In this document: one piece after another, positions 51,915 through 63,744 of the stretch
How the letters are laid out: every line of letters begins with the position of its first letter
How positions within the stretch are numbered: the stretch's first letter is position 1
NCBI RefSeq assembly: GCF_964355755.1
Contig: NC_092679.1
Coordinates: 18,335,432-18,399,431, forward strand
Reading direction: 5' to 3'
DNA from: Antedon mediterranea
Lineage: Eukaryota > Animalia > Echinodermata
DNA: 64,000 bases
Translations under genes and position numbers: made by a program
The notes under the pieces: generated by a model
Database searches by the model: none
Told to the model about the DNA's origin: nothing
The model's input: only the letters and a program-made list of their open reading frames with translations

Positions 51915-54011
51915 ATGTCAAATAATGTCACAGAAAGTTCGAATGAGACGGGTATAGTTATTTTCGAATGCTTTATTTTATTATGCCAGGTAATTGTAGG
52001 CTCCGTTGGAAATACGTTGACTATAATCGCTGTTTGTAGCAACAAGCGACTTCGTGAACCAGGCCAGTATCTTGTGGTCAGCCTAGCTTTAGCCGATTTA
52101 ATTGTGTGCTTGGTAACTGATACGGTATACATTTTCACAGCGTGGTATCGAGAATGGTTTTTTCCGCGTGCGTATATCGTCTGCCAAATAATCGGCGTCG
52201 TGACTGTTGTCTGTCTAAACACGTCAGTGCTTGGTATGACTATGATAGCCGTGAACAGATACATTTGCATTGTAAAGTTTAGCAGTTACAACACCATCTT
52301 CACCCATCGAAGAACCATAATTATTTGCGCATTTACATGGATTTTACCAGCAATTATTTCCACTATTTCAATTATTAACAATACCGACATTTTCGGTTTC
52401 TCTGAGATGACACTTTCTTGCAATGTGCGAACGACATATGACGGGCTGCATTATATACGACTTTCGCTGCTATTTGTCCCGTTAAGTTTATGTATTATTT
52501 TATTCTGTTACGGGAATATATTTGTTACCGTCAGAAGAAGTCGTCGGCGAATCAGGCAATGCGAACAAAGTAGTAGATTTAAACCTTCGGACAGGAAAGA
52601 TGTTGTATCTAAAACCAGTTCAAACCGGGGTTTAGACGACATAGAGGATATGCGCCTACATGTTGCCAACAAAAAAACTGAAAGTAATCCAAACCATCAT
52701 ACTTGTTCTCTTTGTATAACTGATTATAGAATGGGAAACGAAGCTTCAACATCAAAAACACTTTCACCAAACAAAGAATCTTCGACAGTTTGTGCTGCAA
52801 TACTGGCCGTAAGTCCAAGCATCCAAGTACCATTTTATATACAAGATAAAAATGGACAGATACTTCCAGATTTGAAACCTAATTCTGGAAGAATTAATAA
52901 TATATCAGGAGAGGTTTGTGACAACAGTAAATGCAATGCTGCTATATTAGGAGAGGTTTGTGACAACAGTAAATGCAATGCTGCTATATTAGGAGAGTTT
53001 GGTGACATCAGTAAATGCAATGCTGTTATATCAGGAGAGGTTGGTGACATCAGTAAAAGTAATGCTGTTATATCAGGAGAGGTTGGTGACACAAGGAAAT
53101 GCAAGGTTGTTATATCAGAAGAGGTTGCTGACATCAGTAAAACCAATGCTGTTATATCAGGAGAGGTTGGTGACGTCAGTAAAAACAATGCTGTTATATC
53201 AGGAGAGGTTGGTGACATCAGTAAATGCAATGCTGCTATATCAGGAGAGTTTGGTGACATCAGTAAAAGTAATGCTGTTATATCAGGAGAGGTTGGTGAA
53301 ATCAGTAAAAGCAATGCTGCTATATCAGGAGAGGTTGGTGACACAAGGAAATGCAAGGTTGTTATATCAGAAGAGGTTGCTGACATCAGTAAAACCAATG
53401 CTGTTATATCAGGAGAGGTTGGTGACGTCAGTAAAAACAATGCTGTTATATCAGGAGAGGTTGGTGACATCAGTAAATGCAATGCTGTTATATCAGGAGA
53501 GGTTGGTAACATCAGTATATGCAGGGTTGTTATATCAGGAGACAATGGTAACATCCGTAAATCCATCAGTAGAAGCAAGACTTTTATATCAGGAGAGAAT
53601 AGTAATGTCAGTAGAAGCATGACTAGAAGGAGGCGTTCGTTACCAAATAGCAATATCGCACTACCATTTACATTTGAACTACCGACACATAAAACATTTA
53701 CTACACACATCAATATTCTGTCAAAAGCCAATAAGTTTAAGATGAAAAGAGAAGTAAGACTAACTGTTAATTTATTCGTAGTTTTTGTGGTATTCATTGT
53801 ATGCTGGGCACCGTTAACTGTGCTTTGTATTATTGATACCGAATTTTTGGTATCCAGTGTGTGGTGGCAATGCTTCTACATACTGGCCCTGGCCAACTCT
53901 TGTTGTAATCCCATAGTTTATGCCTGGCGAAGCAAACAGTTCAGAGAATCGTATAAAAAAACATTAAAATGTTCTTCAAAAAGAAAAACAAACATTAGTT
54001 GTAATAAATAA
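51915..54011 (+). CDS. Class A GPCR, NRY-type, paralog 3, 698 aa with a tandem 14-aa repeat in ICL3
   Basis: SLALAD, IAVNRY, KREVRLTVNLF, CWAP, NSCCNPIVY; frame stays open through the 42-bp repeat. Confidence 0.92.
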   Translation: MSNNVTESSNETGIVIFECFILLCQVIVGSVGNTLTIIAVCSNKRLREPGQYLVVSLALADLIVCLVTDTVYIFTAWYREWFFPRAYIVCQIIGVVTVVCLNTSVLGMTMIAVNRYICIVKFSSYNTIFTHRRTIIICAFTWILPAIISTISIINNTDIFGFSEMTLSCNVRTTYDGLHYIRLSLLFVPLSLCIILFCYGNIFVTVRRSRRRIRQCEQSSRFKPSDRKDVVSKTSSNRGLDDIEDMRLHVANKKTESNPNHHTCSLCITDYRMGNEASTSKTLSPNKESSTVCAAILAVSPSIQVPFYIQDKNGQILPDLKPNSGRINNISGEVCDNSKCNAAILGEVCDNSKCNAAILGEFGDISKCNAVISGEVGDISKSNAVISGEVGDTRKCKVVISEEVADISKTNAVISGEVGDVSKNNAVISGEVGDISKCNAAISGEFGDISKSNAVISGEVGEISKSNAAISGEVGDTRKCKVVISEEVADISKTNAVISGEVGDVSKNNAVISGEVGDISKCNAVISGEVGNISICRVVISGDNGNIRKSISRSKTFISGENSNVSRSMTRRRRSLPNSNIALPFTFELPTHKTFTTHINILSKANKFKMKREVRLTVNLFVVFVVFIVCWAPLTVLCIIDTEFLVSSVWWQCFYILALANSCCNPIVYAWRSKQFRESYKKTLKCSSKRKTNISCNK
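52902..53610 (+). repeat. Coding 42-bp minisatellite (ISGEVGDISKCNAV), 15 full plus 2 degenerate units
   Basis: Visible in DNA and in translation. Confidence 0.95.
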
Positions 54012-55101
54012 TTAGTATGGAGTTTTGGTGAACAACCGATGGATAGACGAGAGCGCACTTCGCCACCAAAGATGCTCAAGGTGTCTATATTGAAGAACCA
54101 GATCTTGAGATCCGTTGAAGCGCCTTGGGCATCTTTCAACTATGAACAAATTCAGTTACAAGCGGCTGCTCGAATAGAATAAATCTGTCGTCAATTCAGA
54201 GTTGTCGTTAGTACTGAAATGGCCTGACTCGTTTATACCATCTTCTTCAATCTTAGATACTGATGTATATATATATAAATCCAAAGGCAAATTACTGAAA
54301 AAAATGACAATGCTGTGGGTATCAGTGGCATCAAGCAGGAGGTTCCGGGTTCGAATCTCACAGATTTCCTCATCTTTATCGTTTAAAATTAATTAAATTT
54401 CAGTATATCACCGGGCGGTTTAGAATTCATGTTCTGTGCCTGATGTGGGTATATATATAGAAACATCAATACCGTAATCTTTCTCAGCAGCGACAAAGCG
54501 AACACTTTCCTTAAAGGTGAAATTCAGTAATTATATTATTCACTTAGCCTAATGTGCAATACTTCCAATTGGTACTATCTTTTGTTAGACATGTAAGTAG
54601 CAACTGAAAATGTGATTACTGATTTAAGTCTGATAATTATTTTTTATATAAAGTAATATTGCTTTCATAAATTACTTACTACTATTTTTGACAAGGATAA
54701 AAACGCAATTAAAAAAACACACTTTGATTGCATTATCGAGGTAATTAGGAACTAATTTGATTTTATTACAATAGTTGAGTCTTGATGGAGTTTCCTTTGG
54801 CTACTTTAAACAAAAATTAATTATTATGCATTATTTTGCTCACCATTTGATTGGTTGATGAGCTACAAAATGTCTTTGAGTTGTTTGTGTGTTTATATAT
54901 GAGGTCCACATACATTATGACTACTGTATTAGAATTTTCAGAATTTCTGTAACTCCGTTTAACACCAATCATTAGTAATCCAAATTATTGGATATTTTAA
55001 AGATAGTTAGTTTTTCATATAAACTTTCCAATCGTATGATATTTTACACATATTTTGAAGACTCATAGTCATAGTCATAGTAACAAAGTTGCTCGACCAA
55101 G

Positions 55102-55998
55102 ATGTCCACCTACACCATGCTTCTATACAGTGTTGTTGGTTCAGCTGGATGTCTCACAAATGGCCTAGCAATTTTTGTACTATTTCATCTACCGAATTGG
55201 ACAAGCACGACAAACCTTCTGATATTAAATCAATGCATCATAGACTTTCTAACATCTTTACTTTCGCTTTGTCTGTTCCTCGATCCGCATCTGACGACTC
55301 GTCTACCGGAATCGCACTTTCTTGCGAAAGTTGTCTGCAAGATTTGGGCGAGCAAATACCTCTTCTGGTTGAGTATATACACTTCAACAGCTAACCTTGT
55401 AACGCTTACATTTGATCGATACTTTGCCGTGATTTATCCGATAAAATACAATATTCTGAAAGGACAAACAAGAATGAAAATACTGATACTTGTAATTCCC
55501 TGGATGTGTGGTTGTGGAGTAAATCTCTTATGGCTGTCAATTCAACACGTGGTGGATGGAGTCTGTATCTTCACCTGGCCAACGGATAAGTACAAACATA
55601 TTAACGGCATAGTCGCTTGTGTGTATATTGTAGTTATTCCTATCTGCTCGATGTTCTTTGCATACGTCAGTATTTTTCGCGGACTTCGAAAGGTCGGAGA
55701 TGGATCAGTCGTAAGCGAGTCCACAGCAGCCAGACGGATGAATATAATAAAGACATTGTTTACCGTGAGTGTCGTATACGTCATATGCGTCGTACCAGAT
55801 CAGATAGCGTTTACCATCACTTCATCAGGTGGGGATCTTCAGTACGACTCGCCCGTTTATGATATTACATTACCGTTAGCGTTGGTCAATATCTGTATAA
55901 ATCCGATTATATATACTTGTAAATATAATGCATTTAAAGTAGGAATGAAAAAGGCTCTGCCATGTCTGTTTAAACAAGGCAACATAACATCGGTTTAA
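55102..55998 (+). CDS. Class A GPCR (DRY-type, galanin/allatostatin-receptor-like orphan), 298 aa
   Basis: TNLLILNQCIIDF, CKIW, TFDRYFAVIYP, CVVP, NICINPIIY; seven TM segments; almost no N-terminus. Confidence 0.88.
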   Translation: MSTYTMLLYSVVGSAGCLTNGLAIFVLFHLPNWTSTTNLLILNQCIIDFLTSLLSLCLFLDPHLTTRLPESHFLAKVVCKIWASKYLFWLSIYTSTANLVTLTFDRYFAVIYPIKYNILKGQTRMKILILVIPWMCGCGVNLLWLSIQHVVDGVCIFTWPTDKYKHINGIVACVYIVVIPICSMFFAYVSIFRGLRKVGDGSVVSESTAARRMNIIKTLFTVSVVYVICVVPDQIAFTITSSGGDLQYDSPVYDITLPLALVNICINPIIYTCKYNAFKVGMKKALPCLFKQGNITSV

Positions 55999-56000
55999 AT

Positions 56001-56305
56001 GAGTTACTTGAGAATTCTAAAAGAAATATTAATATTGTGATATAGTTGTGATATGATTATTGTAATATGATTATTAGTGCTGTTGTTATTACTAATATTG
56101 TAATATGTATGTGATTATTTTTATTGGTAAAGCGATATTGGAAATCAAGAGTTACAGTACTTGAGAATTTTAAAATATATCCAAGATGTGCTTGTTGTGA
56201 TATACGTATTGTGATATGATTATTGTAATAAGATGATTATTAGTGATGTTGTTATTACTAATATTGTGATATGTATGTGATTATTGATTAAGGAAAAGCA
56301 ATATT
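56001..56305. repeat. ~150-bp tandem duplication 3' of the fourth GPCR
   Basis: TACTTGAGAATT..TTGTGATATGATTATTGTAATA..GTTGTTATTACTAATATTGT..ATGTATGTGATTATT occurs twice. Confidence 0.8.
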
Positions 56306-58480
56306 CTATAGCACCTCTATTCAGGGATACCCTTATCAAAATGAACACTCTCCTGTAAAAGGAAACGAGGAGCAATATATGTGTTAACACTACAACTTAA
56401 CCACTAATGGACATTTTGTTGAGTCCCGAAGGTGTCCCTTGACAGAGGTTCTACCAAGGCAATCGAACAACAGGATGCTGAACTCCGGAGATCTAAGGGT
56501 TTATCTGTGGCTGTGACATAATCAGCTGTGCGCCGCGGAGAATATGTGCATTAGGCTACAGTACAGTGGTATTTGTCGCAGCCATACATTAGATCAAAGG
56601 ACTGTTACAAGTTTCTATATTGGCATGCGAGCTGCTCAGTGTCCTGTTGTTAGATTGCCTTGGTTCTACTCTATCGTCTTCTTGAATAATAAACGATCGA
56701 ATTAATTTGCCTCAAACCTAAACGCATTGCGTGGCAACCGTTACATGGAATTGTAATTTACTATAATGAAAAAATATCTGTAATTGGTATATTCAAAATG
56801 CTTGTAATAAAGTATAACCGTTTAAAATGAGTTGTATATTATTTCTTGTAAGAGTTGTCATTGTAGCTCCACGTGAAAGAGTATGCGGATTGCCAAACAC
56901 CTGGTTAATGCAAATGAAGGGGTGGTGTGGAATGTTACGGCCGACTTGTTATTGTCGTGTATTAGATATACAAATACCCTGGCTCTGACAAGAGTTCTGG
57001 AGTATTACAGCCTAATGAATGGAATGGATATATCGCTTCTTAATCAATTACTTTGTTTAATTTGTGGACAAAACAATCAGTGTATTTAGTATGTGCTGTG
57101 CAACGTATGATTGTAACTTTGATCCGCGCCACTAATACAAATTGAAATGTTCACTATTTTCTTTCGAAATGGATCGGAGGGAGAAAACTTGAACCTAGAA
57201 TGAGGTACTGTATAGGTACTTATGCGGATTTACTTTGTAGCCTCGAAATAACAAAGTACACGGTAATTTTGAATTATTTGGTACGTTGTCGGAAACAGTG
57301 GAATTATTTGGAAACAGGATTTTCAGGACGCAGAATCCCGGCTATTTGGTATGTACCGTAACGTATAGTATTACGCTTATTAGGCGTTGGTTAGAATATA
57401 TGACAGTAGGCCTAAATGTGTATGTAGAAAATAATTTATTCAATTTTAATTTAGAATTAGCGTATCATATACAACTTATTTCGAAAATGTATGTTAGGCC
57501 TATGTTCCAAAAACAATCTAGAATATCTAAGCTTCCTAATTTGTAAGTACAACTTATTTCAGTATCATCTATAATGTATGAAAGACGTATGTACATAGCA
57601 AAAAATCGAAAATATCATCTAAGTTTCCTATTTGACGATCGGACGCGTTCTCAAGTTAATATGTATCAATTCGCACCCCTGATAATCATAACAATAAATA
57701 TTAAAATATATATATAATAAAATTTATCGTATAATATACAGTCTAGGATAATTAATTGATCAAAATCATTACACCCAACTACTATCTTCATCTCCTTTTG
57801 TGGAACATCATTTAAATAATAGAACAAATCACACATCTACACATAAATCAAACATCGTATACTCTATCTCTAACAATTTTTTCAATCTTCTATCGACTAA
57901 AGCCGAAGTATAGTCGTTATCTCGGGACCGTTCTATGGCCACCACCAGGTACGCTTACTTCATTAAGGCTTCTATGAATGGATGACTGGTTGGGAGCAGG
58001 AACGCTAGAAGACCAAACCCAGTACCGTTTTGATTACGATCAATCGGGAAATTACTTCACGATGATTATACGATAAAGTATATTGATCGAAACGTCGAGA
58101 AACTAAACAGTTTTTTTCTCCTTCAGAACTTTATATACGTGGTGTAGGCTACCGCAAACTTTATATCAACATGTACCGTATCAATCTAATTGATTAGTGT
58201 TTTGATTTTTCATATATCGTACAATAATTTTATTTCAGTATTTATTGATAACCTAAGTTTTCTTAAGTTCATTTGTTTTGGTACGTTGCGAATACGATTC
58301 GATTCTTATTGCGCATACCGTACGTTAATATACGTGTCAATATAACCAGTAATAATCCATAATAATCCATACAAACAGACACAGTATCTATCATAACATT
58401 TATTTCAGTTTTTTTTCTTCTACAGAAACATTCTATATTAAAAAATAAACAACTACAATAGCACACGTTATTTAAATTCT

Positions 58481-61400
58481 CTACTTCTGTTTCAAAAGCA
58501 CTATCTGACCGCTCAACCCTTCTTTAATGCCACCGTCTGGCAGCACCATGTCCTTCTCATTGACCTCATTCTTATCAGCCTGCCACTCCATCAAGTTATT
58601 ATTGCTAAGTATAAGATCTTGGTAACTCCATACTCCTAGATGCTTACTTTTGCCCTGTTTGGCATACACATAAACAGACGAACGGTTGTGCTGTATGTGA
58701 GACGTTAATTCTGAACTTAAATCAACATTTTTCGGTTTGTGGTAGAGGTTAGGAAAGCACTTGTCTTGATTGAGCGTCGACACAAGCGATGGAGGAACGT
58801 TTGGGAGAAGATACCCTGCAAAAATTTGTAATGAATACATTTCAATATTTAGGCATATAGGACATAAAAGGAAATGGGCCACACTAATGGTTTAGTAGAA
58901 CCCCTCCTTTGGACAACACTCTTTTGTGACATCCCTCTATTCAGGGGACACTCCTATTCAGGGGACACTCCTATTCAGGAGACACTCCTATTCAGGGGAC
59001 ACTTCTATTCAGGGGACACTCCTATTCAGGGGACACCCCTATTCAGGGGACACTTCTATTCAGGGGACACTCCTATTCAGGGACACTTCTATTCAGGGGT
59101 CACTCCTATTCAGGGACACTTCTATTCAGGGGTCACTCCTATTCAGGGGACACCCCTATTCAGGGGACACTTCTATTCAGGGGACACTCCTATTCAGGGA
59201 CACTCCTATTCAGGGGACACCCCTATTCAGGGGACACCCCTATTCAGGGGACACTCCTATTCAGGGGACACTCCTATTCAGGGGACACTCCTATTCAGGG
59301 GACACTCCTATTCAGGGGACACTTCTATTCAGGGGTCACTTCTATTCAGGGACACTTCTATTCAGGGACACTTCTATTCAGGGACACTTCTATTCAGGGG
59401 TCACTCCTATTCAGGGGACACTTCTATTCAGGGGACACTTCTATTCAGGGACACTCCTATTCAGGGGACACTTCTATTCAGGGGACACTCCTATTCAGGG
59501 GACACTCCTATTCAGGGGACACTCCTATTCAGGGGACACTCCTATTCAGGGGACACTTCTATTCAGGGGACACTCCTATTCAGGGGACACTCCTATTCAG
59601 GGACACTTCTATTCAGGGACACTCCTATTCAGGGGACACTCCTATTCAGGGGACACTCCTATTCAGGGGACACTCCTATTCAGGGGACACTTCTATTCAG
59701 GGGACACTCCTATTCAGGGGACACTCCTATTCAGGGGTCACTCCTATTCAGGGGACACTCCTATTCAGGGGACACTCCTATTCAGGGGACACTCCTATTC
59801 AGGGGACACTCCTATTCAGGGGACACTCCTATTCAGGGGTCACTTCTATTCAGGGGTCACTTCTATTCAGGGGTCACTCCTATTAAGGGGACACTTTAAT
59901 GGGCCTCAAAGGTCCCCTCTATGATTGCAGTATTGCTGTTAAATTGCGTTTATGTTCCATTCCATTGGAATACAGTATACCCACTTACCCAGTACCATAG
60001 CCCAGTTTGCCTTGTTGCTGTTCCTACAGCATGGTGCAACAGATTGCCTTGCCCCCCCCCCCCCCTATTAGGGGACACTAATGGGTCTCAAAGGTCCCCT
60101 CACTATTGGTTTTATAACATCTATCATTGCAGTATTGCTGTTAAAATTGTGTTCACTTCCGATTCTATATTGGAATATTGTATACCCACTTACCCAGTAC
60201 CACAGCCCAGTGAGCCTTGTTGCCGTTCCTACAGCATGGTGCAGTTGATTCATCTTTATCATAACTAAGATAATAGTTAACAAAATAATCATGAAAATAT
60301 GATATAGAAAAAGCACACTTCTCCTTTGTGTTAAACTGCTATTCAATGGACACCACATATTGTTTTGATTGCTGTCTGTTTAATAAGGGTTTTATGGTAA
60401 AACAGAATATGTATTATTGTAAAAGAACTACAGGCTTGTCATAGTTTGGATTGTTTTGTGTGTTCTGCCCCAGGTTAGATAGTAGGCACATATTTTTTAA
60501 TCTCTCACTCGCATTCAACTCACAATAATTGTTTCTTTTGTTCAATTTGTTGGGGTTTTTACATTAGCCTAACATTGTAACATACCCATACATTTAAGTA
60601 CATTTTTGGTATTTTAAGATCAATCACTTTAGTTTAACATTGTATCCGACAACATAGATGCTGTCCCATACATTTAAGTACATAATTATAACCAATGTGA
60701 TTTAACAATGTACAGCCAAAGGATACGGTACAAGAATTGGACATCCGTCGTCTAAATGTTTAAACACAGTTTCAAAGTCATCTAGACCATCCGGTAACTG
60801 TATGGCTTCACAATCCATCAATATACTAGCAAGTTTGCACATAGTTTTAACTGAAAGATACAATTTTTTTTTTAATTAATGACCTTTGACATTTTCTATT
60901 TGACATTTAGCCAGATATCATGTTAAAATAATACATGGTTATGTAGTGAAAACATTTTTCTCTGGTTTTGATTAGTATATTGATATACTATTTAATGTAG
61001 TCTTGATTGTAAACCAGTAATTTTAACTTGCGTTTCAAGACAGTTTCATCTAGCTGTCAGCTAGCCTTATCAGTTGTTGTGTGTTGTTACGACTGGTCCC
61101 CTAGGCTACACACCAAAAACATCCAGTGGCCAATCCGCTTAATAACAACACACAACAACTAATGAAGACGACGAATCAATAAACTACATATCAACATGTT
61201 TATGTATATATATACAATGTCAGTTTCGCTTTTGTTGCATGCCTCCATAATTTTAGTTTGTAAAATGTATGTATGTATGTCACTGATTGACATTGACATA
61301 TTAAATATGAATTACTATTGTTTAAATATATTCTTATTCTTCTTCTTTCTTTATTGTATCAAACAAAAACAATTTCAATACAAAAGGTAGCCAAGGTATA

Positions 61401-62549
61401 GCCGAAGCTAATCAAGCTTGGTACCTTTTATCTCAACTAACTTAAGCTACGAAATCAACAAATAAATAACAGAACTTAAAAGAAAATAAAAATTTGATAA
61501 CGTCAATAACAAAACAAAAATGTTGAATAATAAATAAATATTATAACATAACATAAAGTGCTGTATGTACTATACTGTAATAAACAAAACCATATCAGTT
61601 CAATAGATAATATCTGATGAATTAACAATATATAAAACATTGTAAATTATAGATTATTCTTTTATATACATAAATAAAAGTAATTCTTTAAGTTGTTTAG
61701 AGAAAGCAAATCTAGATGTAATTGTTCGTAATTCTAAAGGTAAATTATTCCAAATAACAATCAATTACCTGAAAAAATTTCACCATATGTTGTAAATTTA
61801 TGCAACTTGGCAGTGTCAAAGACGATGTCAGGGGTCAAAACTTGTGGACATAAAAGTTGACTGGCCATGCATAATGCCACAATACCACACCTATCATAAA
61901 TACACGATTAAAATTATATTTAGGAGGAAATATTTCCAAAAACTTTCATAGCAGAAATAATGATATGTACCTGGGTTGTCATTTAAATTTGGTCTCAGAT
62001 GATAAGTGTACCTTTTTAAAGGATTTGTACCTGAATATGTGTTGACCATATTATAAACTTAGAACAAGGAGGTACCTCCCTGGCCCTGCTTAGAAAGTGT
62101 CTGCTGAATAGGGGTGTCCTAAAGCAGGTGCCATACCTGTTCACCTCTACTTACTGGGGTCCATTTTGAAGAACTGCAGTAACTGGGGTATACACCGACA
62201 ACCATGTTGACGTCTCCTCTGACAGCTGCTCACTTCTCCTGATAATAATATGACAATGAGCATTAATAATTGAAGTCAGTTTATAGTGTTTACTTTACAC
62301 TTTAAATAGTACAGTTTCCATTTGAAAGCATGCGAACACCGCATTCAAATACTCAAATATTTATAGTAATTTGTATTTGTTAACTTACCATTCTGGTAAA
62401 CATGTTACCTTTACCCGAACTTCATCGATGCCAGTCTCATCATATGACAACGGTTGAGGTGTTTCTTCTTCAGATATGTTTTTACTGTTAGTAGTAGACT
62501 TGGGGTTTGCAAGATACAAGGGAGGAGGTGGTGGAACTGGACTATTCAT
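58481..62549 (-). CDS. ACTMAP: Actin maturation protease (C19orf54/UPF0692), 6 exons, ~298 aa
   Basis: Exons 62549-62389, 62238-62155, 61890-61769, 60850-60727, 60264-60194, 58815-58481 (897 nt, phase-consistent). Pro-rich N-terminus, LQNGPQCGIVALCMA, GEIFS, PILVPYDKD..GNKAHWAVV, VYAKQGKSKHLGVWSY..SN and GGIKEGLSGQIVLL match the family. Confidence 0.92.
58935..59895. repeat. 17-bp minisatellite (TCAGGGGACACTYCTAT), ~55-60 copies, in the last ACTMAP intron
   Basis: Directly visible array, preceded by a mariner-MITE-like end (AGTAGAACCCCTC) at ~58895. Confidence 0.97.
61300..61758 (-). mobile_element. 3' fragment of a CR1/L2-type LINE in ACTMAP intron 3
   Basis: Minus strand encodes IWNNLPLELRTITSRFAFSKQLKE, typical of an ORF2 C-terminus, followed by a T-rich 3' UTR and AATAAA. 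Confidence 0.55.
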
Positions 62550-63326
62550 TATATACCAGTAAAGACACCTATGTTTAACCTAGTCTGTCACAGCGTTAGT
62601 TTGTAGGTCATTAGTTCGCCTGGGAAGTGCTGCTGTGCCACTTTAAGGAAAGTGCAATATTTGCTACACCAACCGGCCTAGCTTTAACACCATTGTTTAG
62701 GCGGTAGTTTCCACATAAATTGCTAGAAACTCCAAACCTGTATTTCTATACCTTTCATAAAGAATGTACAGTTTATTATTTGCCATATAAAAATGTAAAA
62801 GTACACTTAAATTTTAAAAAAACGAGCAGGACCGAGGTGGACGTTGGAATGTTCCGCTTGAATGGTTATTATCAAAATACTTTTCTATCTATGGAGCGCC
62901 AATTGAAAAAAAATCAATACAGTAATTCAGGTTCAATTAGTCCGTAAATTTATTAATAAATTCTTGCATTAATGCACAAAATTCATTCAAATTCGTTATA
63001 TAATCATTTAAAGTCATTCATATTATTAAATTATTTTTTAAACAGCAATAATATAATTTGTTTTATAATACTAAACAAGCGAATATGCCTAATGCAAATT
63101 TAATAAATATATTGCACATATAAATTATTTAACTAGTCTACACATAGAAGGTTAGACATGTTTCACGCTGAAAGTACAGTATGCATCCTTTTAAAATATT
63201 TTATTCAATAGAATGTTTGCATTACTTTTCAGTGAGTTTTGTATTATTATTGCACATAAACAAATATATACAAATACAGTTGAAAGAAAGTTAAGCATTT
63301 ATAAATATTAATATATTTTTTTAATT

Positions 63327-63744
63327 ATTTATTTTAATTTGATTGTCCCAGCCCATCTGAAGCTTTTACTTTCTGGAATTTCCACCTTAAATTTGCTTAT
63401 ATTACCTGTTTTATTTACTGAGAAAAGAGAAATAAATTTTACTTTGAATTGAAATGTAAAATGACATGCTGTAATAATATTTGTATATTACTACTAAAAT
63501 GATAGTAAACATAATTAAGTGAAAAGAAAACAAATTCTAAACAATTTCTACACATTATATGAGGAATAATAATACAATAATAGAAATAATAAAACAATTG
63601 TACTATGTATATATTCATTGTAACATGAAATGTAAACAAACATTGTAACATAATAAAATATATTGTTATTGTTTTTTAACATTCATTGTTAAAATATTGT
63701 TGGTTCTCCGATACTTCAAGCATTACTTCTGCAACAACTTTATC
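63327..63744 (-). CDS. Possible 3' exons of an unidentified gene extending beyond the window
   Basis: Strong acceptors precede 63744 (DKVVAEVMLEVSENQQYFNNE) and ~63417 (NKTGNISKFKVEIPESKSFRWAGTIKLK*). No family recognised and the joining donor is unclear. Confidence 0.3.

Noticed and set aside
52835-53797. 320-aa antisense ORF and 207-aa alternate-frame ORF
   Set aside because: Expected from a 42-bp stop-free repeat inside the GPCR CDS.
58874-59924. 341-aa and 332-aa ORFs (SGDTPIQGTLLFRGH repeats)
   Set aside because: 17-bp satellite within an ACTMAP intron on the opposite strand; 16/17-bp unit variation shows no frame constraint.
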